Part shown: piece by piece, positions 1-7,529 of the stretch
How positions within the stretch are numbered: the stretch's first letter is position 1
Layout: every line of letters begins with the position of its first letter
Assembly: GCA_030596105.1 (NCBI GenBank)
Contig: JAUVKU010000001.1
Coordinates: forward strand, 1-56,474
Length of the DNA: 56,474 nt
Direction of reading: 5' to 3'
Source of the DNA: a bacterium
GTDB taxonomy: Bacteria > Patescibacteriota > Minisyncoccia > Minisyncoccales > DAOVPY01
Notes under the pieces: model-generated
The model's database searches: none
The model's input: only the letters and a program-made list of their open reading frames with translations
What the model was told of the DNA's origin: nothing
Translations under genes and position numbers: made by a program

Positions 1-141
1 TATCATCATGAGTCCGCAATAGCCATCATAACCAAAGAACACAAAGTAATTTTTTCTAAACCACAAAAAGCCATTACAGCGGGTCAATCAATCGTATTTT
101 ATAAGGGAAAACAACTTTTAGGTGGCGGAATCATAAAATAA
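1..141 (+). CDS. mnmA: tRNA 2-thiouridylase MnmA, C-terminal fragment (5' end outside window)
   Basis: Frame 1 is open from the window edge to TAA at 139-141. The tail ...[23 protein letters not shown] resembles the conserved MnmA C-terminus (PGQ..VFY....LGGG.I). Confidence 0.55.
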   Translation, partial: YHHESAIAIITKEHKVIFSKPQKAITAGQSIVFYKGKQLLGGGIIK

Positions 142-176
142 TTGATTATTGGCGATTATCGTTTATAATAGAATCA

Positions 177-1958
177 ATGACCTCAAAAGAACTGCGTAAA
201 AAATTTTTAGATTATTTTGAAAAAAATGGACACAAAATTGTGCCCTCATTTTCCTTGTTACCAATTAATTCCTCAGTTCTTTTTACTACTGCTGGAATGC
301 AACAATTTACTTCCCATTTACAGGGCAAAGACAACCCCATTAAGGGATTTAATTCGCAACATTTAACTTCATGCCAAAAATGTTTTCGTAGCGACGATAT
401 TGAAGAGATAGGGGATGACACGCATCATTCATTTTTTGAAATGTTGGGAAATTGGTCAATCGGTCAAAACGAAAAAGGAGAATATTTTAAGCAGGGCGCC
501 ATAGAATACGCATTGGATTTTTTAATAAATGAGTTGGGATTAGAAAAAGACAAACTTTATATAACTATCTTTAAAGGCAATGAAGACATTCCAAAAGACA
601 ATGAATCAATAAATATTTGGCAAGGACAGGGAATTGAAAGAGAAAAAATAAAAGAATTTGGCGAAGAGGATAATCTTTGGGGACCAGTTGGAGAAACGGG
701 AATTTGTGGTTCTTGTTCAGAAATTTATTATGATAGGGGTCAAAAATTTGGATGTGGCAAAAAAGAATGTGGTCCGAATTGTCAACATTGCAAAAGATTT
801 GTTGAAATATGGAATCTTGTTTTTATAGAATACGCAAAAGATGAAAATAAAAAATATAAATTACTAAATCAAAAAAGCGTTGACACTGGAATGGGGTTAG
901 AAAGAATAATCAGTATTCTACAAAATAAACCATCTGCGTATGAAACAGATTTATTTGTTCCAATTATTCAAGAAATTGAGAAGCAGGGCGATAAAAAATA
1001 TCAAGATGAAAAAAAGAATTTTCGAATTATTGCTGATCATGTCCGTGGTTCAATTTTTTTAATATCTGAAGGTGTTTTGCCCTCAAACATAGAACAGGGT
1101 TATATTTTAAGACGTATTTTAAGAAGAGCGATTAGATATGGCAAAATAATAAAAGCAGAACCTCAATTTTTAATTCCGTTAGCTAAAAAAACAATTGATA
1201 TTTATAAAGATATTTACCCAGAAATTGCGTTAAAGCAAGCAGATATTTTAACCGTTATTCAGAAAGAAGAAGAAAAATTTGAAAAAACATTGGAAAAGGG
1301 ACTTATAGAAACCACATCTGTTATTGATTCCTATGTTGACGGGGAAGATATTAGCGGAAAAGCGGCGTTTGACCTATATCAAACATATGGATTTCCAATT
1401 GAAATGATAAAAGAACTAGCCGATGAACACAACAAAAAAGTTGATAAAAAAGAATTTGAACAAGAATTAAAAAAACATCAAGAAATTTCACGCGCTGGAA
1501 AAGACAAAAAATTTGGAGGAGGAGGAAAATTTTCGCCAAAACTTCATACAGCAACGCATCTTTTACATAGTGCTTTACGGCAAATTCTTGGTGAAAAAGT
1601 CCAACAAATGGGTTCTGATATAACCGAAGAACGGCTAAGATTTGATTTTTCTTTTGAAAGAAAATTATTACCAGAAGAATTAAAACAAATTGAAAATTTA
1701 GTTAATGAAAAAATAAAACAAAATTTACCAATAAAAGAACAAAAAATGGACTATAAAAAAGCTGTGGAATTGGGAGCTTTAGCTTTTTTTAAAGAAAAAT
1801 ATCCAGATATAGTGAGCGTATATTCTATAAATAATTTTTCTAAAGAAATCTGTGCTGGTCCACACGCAAATAAAACAAGCGAATTGGGTAAATTTAAGAT
1901 AATAAAAGAAAAGTCTTCAAGCGCCGGCATACGAAGAATTAAGGCTATTCTTGAATGA
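177..1958 (+). CDS. alaS: alanine--tRNA ligase, short form (593 aa, no C-Ala domain)
   Basis: Class II AlaRS core motifs (FTTAGMQQF, HHSFFEMLGNWS, WGPVGETGICGSCSEIYYD) and editing-domain motifs (HTATHLLHSAL, CAGPH). The protein ends soon after the editing domain. Confidence 0.9.
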   Translation: MTSKELRKKFLDYFEKNGHKIVPSFSLLPINSSVLFTTAGMQQFTSHLQGKDNPIKGFNSQHLTSCQKCFRSDDIEEIGDDTHHSFFEMLGNWSIGQNEKGEYFKQGAIEYALDFLINELGLEKDKLYITIFKGNEDIPKDNESINIWQGQGIEREKIKEFGEEDNLWGPVGETGICGSCSEIYYDRGQKFGCGKKECGPNCQHCKRFVEIWNLVFIEYAKDENKKYKLLNQKSVDTGMGLERIISILQNKPSAYETDLFVPIIQEIEKQGDKKYQDEKKNFRIIADHVRGSIFLISEGVLPSNIEQGYILRRILRRAIRYGKIIKAEPQFLIPLAKKTIDIYKDIYPEIALKQADILTVIQKEEEKFEKTLEKGLIETTSVIDSYVDGEDISGKAAFDLYQTYGFPIEMIKELADEHNKKVDKKEFEQELKKHQEISRAGKDKKFGGGGKFSPKLHTATHLLHSALRQILGEKVQQMGSDITEERLRFDFSFERKLLPEELKQIENLVNEKIKQNLPIKEQKMDYKKAVELGALAFFKEKYPDIVSVYSINNFSKEICAGPHANKTSELGKFKIIKEKSSSAGIRRIKAILE

Positions 1959-2061
1959 AACTTTTATATTTCCTAGCGAGCCCATGCGAAAATTTATTTT
2001 CGTGATGGGCGAGCGACGGAAATACACAAGATGTTATTTCCCGCAACATCCTTTATATTTG

Positions 2062-2089
2062 TTGACATTTTAAATATTTTTGTTATCAT
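2062..2089 (+). promoter_or_regulatory. sigma70-like promoter upstream of infA
   Basis: TTGACA (2062-2067), 16-nt spacer, extended -10 TGtTATCAT (2081-2089), 12 nt before the infA ATG. Confidence 0.45.
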
Positions 2090-2101
2090 AGCAGTATATA
2101 A

Positions 2102-2323
2102 ATGGATTCTAAAAATCAACTTTCAAAAGAAGAAGGAATTGTTTTAGAAACCTTGCCAAATTTAATGTTTAGGGTGAAATTAGAAAATGGAAAAAAAATT
2201 CTAGCTCACCTGAAAGGAAAATTACGATTATATAAAATTAAAATTTTGGCAGGCGATCGAGTAACAGTAGAAATGACCCCTTATGATGAAACAAGGGGGA
2301 GAATTATTTACAGAGGAAAATAA
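2102..2323 (+). CDS. infA: translation initiation factor IF-1
   Basis: 73 aa S1-like fold sequence ([32 protein letters not shown]...[21 protein letters not shown]) in its canonical position before rpmJ-rpsM. Confidence 0.95.
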   Translation: MDSKNQLSKEEGIVLETLPNLMFRVKLENGKKILAHLKGKLRLYKIKILAGDRVTVEMTPYDETRGRIIYRGK

Positions 2324-2470
2324 TTCTTATTTAATTAGCGGGCTTATTGTTTAATAAGTAATGTGCCTAAAAATTATGCATCTCATTCTCAAATCCTTAA
2401 TGGATTTGCTTTTTGGGGCGTTTTATGATATTGAGAATACAGGACAAAATGTTCTCAAATTATTATTTTT

Positions 2471-2587
2471 ATGAAAGTACGATCTTCAGTAAAAAAAATT
2501 TGTAAAGACTGTAAAATCGTTCGACGAAAAGGACGGGTTTGTGTTATTTGTAAAAAAAATCCGAGGCACAAACAAAGACAAGGTTAA
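2471..2587 (+). CDS. rpmJ: 50S ribosomal protein L36 (38 aa, below the ORF-track size cut-off)
   Basis: Manual translation gives [38 protein letters not shown] with the zinc-ribbon CxxC...CxxC pattern. It lies between infA and rpsM as in most bacteria. Confidence 0.9.
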   Translation: MKVRSSVKKICKDCKIVRRKGRVCVICKKNPRHKQRQG

Positions 2588-2615
2588 AAATTTTAAAATA
2601 TAAGCATATAAAAAT

Positions 2616-3005
2616 ATGCCACGAATTGCTGGGGTTAATATCCCCGAAAACAAACAAATAGAAATAGCTCTAACTTATATATATGGAATAGGCGCAACTT
2701 TGAGCAAGAAAATTTTAGATAAAACTAAAATTGGTTCTTCTGTGTTGGCTTCAAAATTAGAATCAGAGGAAATAAACAAATTAAGAGATATTATTGAAAA
2801 AGATTATAAAATTGAAGGAGATCTTCGCCGAGAAAAAATGATAGCCATAAAACGATTAAAAGACATTGGCTGTTGGCGCGGAACTCGCCATATAAAAAGT
2901 TTACCAGTAAGAGGACAAAGAAGTAAAACAAATAATAGAACTGTTCGGGGCAACACAAGAAGAACTGTTGGAAGTGGCAAAAAAGGCGCTCCAGCCCCAA
3001 AATAA
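2616..3005 (+). CDS. rpsM: 30S ribosomal protein S13
   Basis: [26 protein letters not shown]... is a typical S13 N-terminus, and the C-terminal tail is basic. Confidence 0.95.
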   Translation: MPRIAGVNIPENKQIEIALTYIYGIGATLSKKILDKTKIGSSVLASKLESEEINKLRDIIEKDYKIEGDLRREKMIAIKRLKDIGCWRGTRHIKSLPVRGQRSKTNNRTVRGNTRRTVGSGKKGAPAPK

Positions 3006-3009
3006 AAGC

Positions 3010-3462
3010 ATGGGTAAAAAACGCATAATTAAACAATCAGCAGATGAGCTTATTAAAGAGAGAGAGAAAGTGGACGCAAAAGCAAAAAAAGAAATAAAAG
3101 TAAGCGCCTCTAAAAGAGTTGTGGAAGGTAGAGTTTATATCTCAACATCCTACAACAATACTATAATGACTCTAACTGACGCATATGGAAATGTGTTGGG
3201 GTGGGTTAGTGCTGGCAATATTGGTTTTAAGGGCGCAAAAAAAGCAACACCTTTTGCTGCTTCTAAAACAGCTGAAGCGTTATCTCAAAGAGCTAAAAAA
3301 AGAGGCATGGAAAAAATTTCTATTTTTGTTAAAGGAATAGGCGGTGGCAGAGATTCTGCTGTTAGATCCTTGGCCAATAAGGGATTTGAAATTCTTTCAA
3401 TAAAAGATGTTACCCCAATACCACACAATGGATGCAGGCCTCCAAAACCTCGTAGAGTATAG
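3010..3462 (+). CDS. rpsK: 30S ribosomal protein S11 (with about 30-aa Lys-rich N-terminal extension)
   Basis: S11 core (YISTSYNNTIMTLTD..GN...SAG..GFKGAKKATPFAA...DVTPIPHNGCRPPKPRRV). The start is set at ATG 3010, just after the rpsM stop; the ORF-track start 2968 overlaps rpsM. Confidence 0.9.
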   Translation: MGKKRIIKQSADELIKEREKVDAKAKKEIKVSASKRVVEGRVYISTSYNNTIMTLTDAYGNVLGWVSAGNIGFKGAKKATPFAASKTAEALSQRAKKRGMEKISIFVKGIGGGRDSAVRSLANKGFEILSIKDVTPIPHNGCRPPKPRRV

Positions 3463-3506
3463 TAAATCGTTAAATAAAAATCCAAAATACAAAATATAAA
3501 ATAATT

Positions 3507-4154
3507 ATGTCAGCTAAATGTAAAATTTGTAGACGGTTGGGCGAAAAACTTTTTCTTAAGGGCGATAAATGCATGAGCGCCAAATGCTCAATGATTAGAA
3601 AACCTTACCCTCCCGGACTAAAAAGAAAAAAAAGAGCTCCGTCTCTTTCTGAATATGGAAAAGAGTTGAAAGAAAAACAAAAATTAAAAAATTGTTATAA
3701 TTTAAGTGAACATCAGTTTAGAAGATACATAAAAGAAAGTTTGGCAGCAAGACCAAAATCTAAAGATTCAGTTGAGGAAGAAGGACATTCTGTAATGGTT
3801 TTGATAAGAAAAATGGAAAGCCGTTTAGATAATGTAGTCTTTAGGCTTGGCCTTGCTTCGTCTCGCGCACAAGCTAGGCAAATAGTTTCTTATGGTCATT
3901 TTCTAGTTAATAAAAGATTAGTAAATATTCCATCCTATCAGGTTAAAAAAGGCGATGAAGTAAGCGTTAGACCACAATCTTCTAAGAATAAATATTTTCA
4001 AGAAATAACCCCAACTTTAAAGAAAAAACAGCAACCTCTCTGGTTAGAATTTGATGAAAATAAACTAACTGGAAAAGTTACTGGTACGCCTTCTTTTAAA
4101 GAAGCGGCTGTTCCAGCAGAAATATCAACAATTTTTGAATATTATTCAAGATAG
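3507..4154 (+). CDS. rpsD: 30S ribosomal protein S4
   Basis: N-terminal Cys cluster (CKICRRLGEKLFLKGDKCMSAKC) and S4 RNA-binding domain (RLDNVVFRLGLASSRAQARQIVSYGHFLVN). Confidence 0.95.
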   Translation: MSAKCKICRRLGEKLFLKGDKCMSAKCSMIRKPYPPGLKRKKRAPSLSEYGKELKEKQKLKNCYNLSEHQFRRYIKESLAARPKSKDSVEEEGHSVMVLIRKMESRLDNVVFRLGLASSRAQARQIVSYGHFLVNKRLVNIPSYQVKKGDEVSVRPQSSKNKYFQEITPTLKKKQQPLWLEFDENKLTGKVTGTPSFKEAAVPAEISTIFEYYSR

Positions 4155-4239
4155 ATTAAAAATTTTTAATTTTTAACTTTATAAACAAGTCTTATTTTTT
4201 AAACATTTTGAAAATAATAAATTATAAAATTTAAAAATC

Positions 4240-5055
4240 ATGGTTTCTTTACCCCTTCCTTTAAAAATTATTAAAAAGAAAAACAACATAGCCCAATTTG
4301 AGATAGAGGGCTTATTTCCGGGATATGGCATTACTATTGCCAATAGCTTGCGCAGAGTTTTATTATCTTCTTTGCAGGGTGCGGCCATTATTCAAATAAA
4401 AACAAAAGGTGTTCAACATGAATTTTCAACCATTCCAGGAATCACCGAAGATATGCTTGCTATCATAATGAATTTAAAACAATTAAGGTTTAAATTTCAA
4501 ACAGAAGACGATGAACCAATTTCAGCTACGCTTTCCGTTAAGGGAGAAAAAGAAGTAAAGGCTTCTGATTTAAAACTTCCTTCGCAAATAAAAATTATCA
4601 ATAAAGATGCGCATATCGCTACATTAACAGATAAAAAGGCTGAATTAGAAATGGAATTAGTAATTAAAAAGGGGACTGGATACGAACCAGCAGAAAAAAG
4701 AAAAAAAGAAAAATCACCCATTGGAGCGATAGATATTGATGCGATTTTTAGTCCAGTTAACACGGTAAAATATAAAATTGAAAATATGAGGGTTGGAGAA
4801 CGAACAGATTTTGATAAATTAAATTTAGAAATTGAGACAGACGGAACGATTGGCCCACAAGAAGCTTTTGTTCGGGCGTCAGAAATTTTAATTCAACATT
4901 TTTCTTTATTATTTGATGCCACGAAAGAAAAGACGAAAACAATAAAAACAACCGAAACAAAAGAAAAAAAAGAAAAAAAAGAAAAAAAAGAAAAAAAAGA
5001 AAAAAAAGAAAAATCAATTAAAACAAAGACAAAAGAAACAAAAAAGAAAAAATAA
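4240..5055 (+). CDS. rpoA: DNA-directed RNA polymerase alpha subunit, N-terminal domain only, followed by a 44-aa Lys/Glu tail
   Basis: Alpha-NTD motifs (FEIEGLFPGYGITIANSLRRVLLSSLQGAA, RVGERTDFDKLNLEIETDG) in the rpsD-rpoA-rplQ position. No HhH alpha-CTD sequence follows; instead TKEKTKT...(EKK)n...KKKK. Confidence 0.85.
   Translation: MVSLPLPLKIIKKKNNIAQFEIEGLFPGYGITIANSLRRVLLSSLQGAAIIQIKTKGVQHEFSTIPGITEDMLAIIMNLKQLRFKFQTEDDEPISATLSVKGEKEVKASDLKLPSQIKIINKDAHIATLTDKKAELEMELVIKKGTGYEPAEKRKKEKSPIGAIDIDAIFSPVNTVKYKIENMRVGERTDFDKLNLEIETDGTIGPQEAFVRASEILIQHFSLLFDATKEKTKTIKTTETKEKKEKKEKKEKKEKKEKSIKTKTKETKKKK
4963..5013 (+). repeat. in-frame 9-nt microsatellite (GAAAAAAAA)x5 plus a partial unit, inside the rpoA tail
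   Basis: Five perfect tandem GAAAAAAAA units encode (EKK)5. Each unit carries an A8 run. Confidence 0.9.
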
Positions 5056-5077
5056 TTAATAAATTAAGTTAAGCATT

Positions 5078-5428
5078 ATGCGAAAACGCAAAACAGGACG
5101 AAAATTTGGAAGGAAGGCAGATCCAAGAAAAGCATTGTTAAAATCATTAGCAAGGGCGATTATTTTAAATGAAAAAATTAAAACCACTGAAGCAAAAGCG
5201 AAAGAGGTGTCTGTTTTTGTAGAAAAACTCATAACCCAAGCTAAAAATAATAACATCGCCTCAAGAAGAAAATTAGCCACTATTTTTTCTCAAAAGCTTG
5301 TTAAAAAAGCCGTTGAAGAAATTGCCCCTAGATATAAAGAAAGAAACGGAGGATATACAAGAATTATTAAACTTGGTGCCAGAAAAGGCGATGGAGCAAA
5401 TATGGCAATAATAGAATTAGTTAAATAG
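5078..5428 (+). CDS. rplQ: 50S ribosomal protein L17
   Basis: MRKRKTGRKFGRKADPRKALLKSLA... is a typical L17 N-terminus, located directly after rpoA. Confidence 0.95.
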   Translation: MRKRKTGRKFGRKADPRKALLKSLARAIILNEKIKTTEAKAKEVSVFVEKLITQAKNNNIASRRKLATIFSQKLVKKAVEEIAPRYKERNGGYTRIIKLGARKGDGANMAIIELVK

Positions 5429-5449
5429 ATTTATAGAATCAATAAAACC

Positions 5450-5797
5450 ATGGAACGCAAACCTTATACAATTGACGCTACCAACAGACCCCTTGGACGC
5501 ATGGCAACAAGAATTGCCATACTTTTGCGTGGCAAAGATAAACCAGACTTTGCTCCAAATAAAGATATTGGAGGTGTTGTTATTGTTAAAAATATAAAAG
5601 AAGTAAAGTTAACAGGCAAAAAACTTGAAAATAAAATTTATTACCACCATTCTGGATACCTTGGAGGAATAAAAGAGAAACCCCTTAAAACTCTTTTTGA
5701 AGAAAACCCAGCCGAAGTTTTAAGAAAAGCCGTATATGGAATGTTGCCTAAAAATAAATTGAGAGCTAAAATAATAAAACGACTTCAAATTAAATAG
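5450..5797 (+). CDS. rplM: 50S ribosomal protein L13 (short, 115 aa)
   Basis: LGRMATRIAILLRGKDKPDFAPN...YYHHSGYLGGIK...MLPKNKL are L13 motifs, paired with rpsI downstream. Confidence 0.9.
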   Translation: MERKPYTIDATNRPLGRMATRIAILLRGKDKPDFAPNKDIGGVVIVKNIKEVKLTGKKLENKIYYHHSGYLGGIKEKPLKTLFEENPAEVLRKAVYGMLPKNKLRAKIIKRLQIK

Positions 5798-5799
5798 TT

Positions 5800-6381
5800 A
5801 TGCCAATAAAGAAAACCACAATAAAATCTAAATCTTTGCCAAAAAAAACCAAAATTCAAAAGAAAAAAAACGCGGTAGAACCAATAGAAGAAATTAAAAA
5901 AATTGAAGAACCTATTGTTAAAAAAAAGCAAGATTCTAAATCAAAAGAAGATGTTGGTATTAAAAAAACTAAAATAGAAGATACTAAATCAAACCAATAT
6001 TATGAGGCAATAGGCAGAAGGAAAACATCAGTTGCGCGAATTAGACTTTGGACACGAGGAGACAAAGAATTTTCAGTCAATGGCAAACCATATAAAAAAT
6101 ATTTTCAAACTGCCGATCTTCAACAATCAGCCGTTGCTTCTTTGCAAAAAATGAAATGCTTAGATAGATTTAAAATAATAGTTAAAGTGAAAGGCGGGGG
6201 AATGACGGGTCAAGCAGAGGCAATAAGACACGGAACAGCTAGAATACTTATTCAATTTAATTCAGATTTTCAAAAAAGATTAAGAAAGGTTGGATATTTA
6301 ACTAGGGATTCAAGAATGAGAGAAAGGAAAAAATTTGGACTTAAGAGAGCAAGAAGAGCTCCCCAGTGGCAAAAACGATAA
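5800..6381 (+). CDS. rpsI: 30S ribosomal protein S9 with about 65-aa Lys-rich N-terminal extension
   Basis: The C-terminal 125 aa are S9 (GRRKTSVARIRL..., GGGMTGQAEAIRHGTARIL, RDSRMRERKKFGLKRARRAPQWQKR). The N-terminus is low-complexity K/E/I-rich. Confidence 0.9.
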   Translation: MPIKKTTIKSKSLPKKTKIQKKKNAVEPIEEIKKIEEPIVKKKQDSKSKEDVGIKKTKIEDTKSNQYYEAIGRRKTSVARIRLWTRGDKEFSVNGKPYKKYFQTADLQQSAVASLQKMKCLDRFKIIVKVKGGGMTGQAEAIRHGTARILIQFNSDFQKRLRKVGYLTRDSRMRERKKFGLKRARRAPQWQKR

Positions 6382-6401
6382 AAACTTAATATGTGCCCAT
6401 A

Positions 6402-6446
6402 AACAACCCTGCTCACCTCTTTATGGAGAAACAGGGTTGTTTTTTT
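6402..6446 (+). terminator. rho-independent terminator after rpsI
   Basis: AACAACCCTG (6402-6411) pairs with CAGGGTTGTT (6432-6441), followed by a T run to 6446. Confidence 0.75.
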
Positions 6447-6523
6447 GCTAAATTATGATAGTCTACGCCCTTTTTATCAAAAAATTTACATCAGACTCCT
6501 TTTGTATTACATAAAACTTAAAA

Positions 6524-6552
6524 TTGACCAAAATAAAAGACTAAAGTATAAT
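6524..6552 (+). promoter_or_regulatory. sigma70-like promoter for the repeat-protein gene
   Basis: TTGACC (6524-6529), 17-nt spacer, TATAAT (6547-6552). Confidence 0.45.
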
Positions 6553-6580
6553 TAATATAATAAATATTATTATTTTAACA

Positions 6581-7480
6581 ATGTCAAAACAAGAAAAATT
6601 AAAAATTGAATCAAAAGACACAAGAAAAAAATTAGAGACCAATGAAAAATTTCAAAAAAAATCTCTGGACTTTATAGAGAATCTCGCCAACAAAGAAGGG
6701 AATAATGATTGGATAGCTAAAAGTTTGGCTGGTCTTGATTCAAATAGGGCGTGGGAGATGAGAGAAAAATTGCTTGAGCAAAAAACAGATAAGGGCTATA
6801 TAGCTCAAGGTTTGGCTGGTCTTGATTCAGATAAAGCGTGGGAGATGAGAGAAAAATTGCTTAAATTGGAAACGCACAAAGGCAATATAGCCGAAGGTTT
6901 AGCTGGTCTTAAATCTGACAAGGCATGGGAGATGAGAAAAAGATTGCTTAAATTAGGAACAAATACGGGCTATTTATCTAGAAGTTTGGCTGGTCTTGAT
7001 TCAGATAAAGCGTGGAAGATGAGAAAAAAATTTCTTGATAAGGGATCTGACAAAAGCTCAATCGCTATGGGTCTATCTGGTCTTAAATCTGACAAGGCAT
7101 GGGAGATGAGAAAAAAATTGCTTGAATTAGGAACAAACAAAAATTATATTATTGAAAGCTTAATTGGTCTTAAATCTGACAAGGCATGGGAGATGAGAGA
7201 AAAAATGTCTAAAAAGGAAAAGCGCAGAGATTCCATAGCTAAAAGTTTGGCTGGTCTTGATTCAGATAGGGCATGGGAGATGAGAGAAAAATTGCTTGAG
7301 CAAGGAGCGGGCAAGGGCTATATAGCCAGGGGTTTGGCTGGTCTTGATTCAGATAGGGCATGGGAGATGAGAGAAAAATTGCTTGACAAGGGATGTCATA
7401 AAGGCGATATTTCTATGGGAGTTTATGGGAATTATATGATGGCTGGAGTTCGCAAAGCAAAAATAGATCAAAAAAAATAA
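6581..7480 (+). CDS. tandem-repeat protein, eight 29-aa helical repeats (consensus IAxSLAGLDSDKAWEMREKLLxxGxxKGY)
   Basis: 299-aa ORF with its own promoter. Eight consecutive 29-aa units are visible in the translation. I recognise no enzymatic motif. Confidence 0.75.
   Translation: MSKQEKLKIESKDTRKKLETNEKFQKKSLDFIENLANKEGNNDWIAKSLAGLDSNRAWEMREKLLEQKTDKGYIAQGLAGLDSDKAWEMREKLLKLETHKGNIAEGLAGLKSDKAWEMRKRLLKLGTNTGYLSRSLAGLDSDKAWKMRKKFLDKGSDKSSIAMGLSGLKSDKAWEMRKKLLELGTNKNYIIESLIGLKSDKAWEMREKMSKKEKRRDSIAKSLAGLDSDRAWEMREKLLEQGAGKGYIARGLAGLDSDRAWEMREKLLDKGCHKGDISMGVYGNYMMAGVRKAKIDQKK
6713..7408 (+). repeat. 87-bp tandem coding repeat x8
   Basis: Long near-identical DNA stretches recur between units, e.g. 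GTTTGGCTGGTCTTGATTCAGATAGGGCATGGGAGATGAGAGAAAAATTGCTTGA in units 1, 7 and 8. A second subtype, AAATCTGACAAGGCATGGGAGATGAGAAAAA, occurs in units 3, 5 and 6. Confidence 0.85.
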
Positions 7481-7529
7481 AGGATCAAAAATCTTTTTAG
7501 TTCTTAACTAAATACAATAGATTATTAGA

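Noticed and set aside
2330-2470. The infA-rpmJ spacer with short hairpins (CAAATCC..GGATTTG, GAGAATAC..GTTCTC) and a ...TCTCAAA..ATG ending like the repeat-family leaders.
   Set aside because: It lacks the family's internal modules (CGTAGCGAG, GTAGCCAAAA, ATCGCAGTAGAAA). The similarity is limited to a few bases before the ATG.
6713-7408. Regular 87-bp repeats, considered as a possible CRISPR-like array.
   Set aside because: The repeats are contiguous with no unique spacers. They are in frame within a 299-aa ORF and translate to a coherent 29-aa protein repeat.
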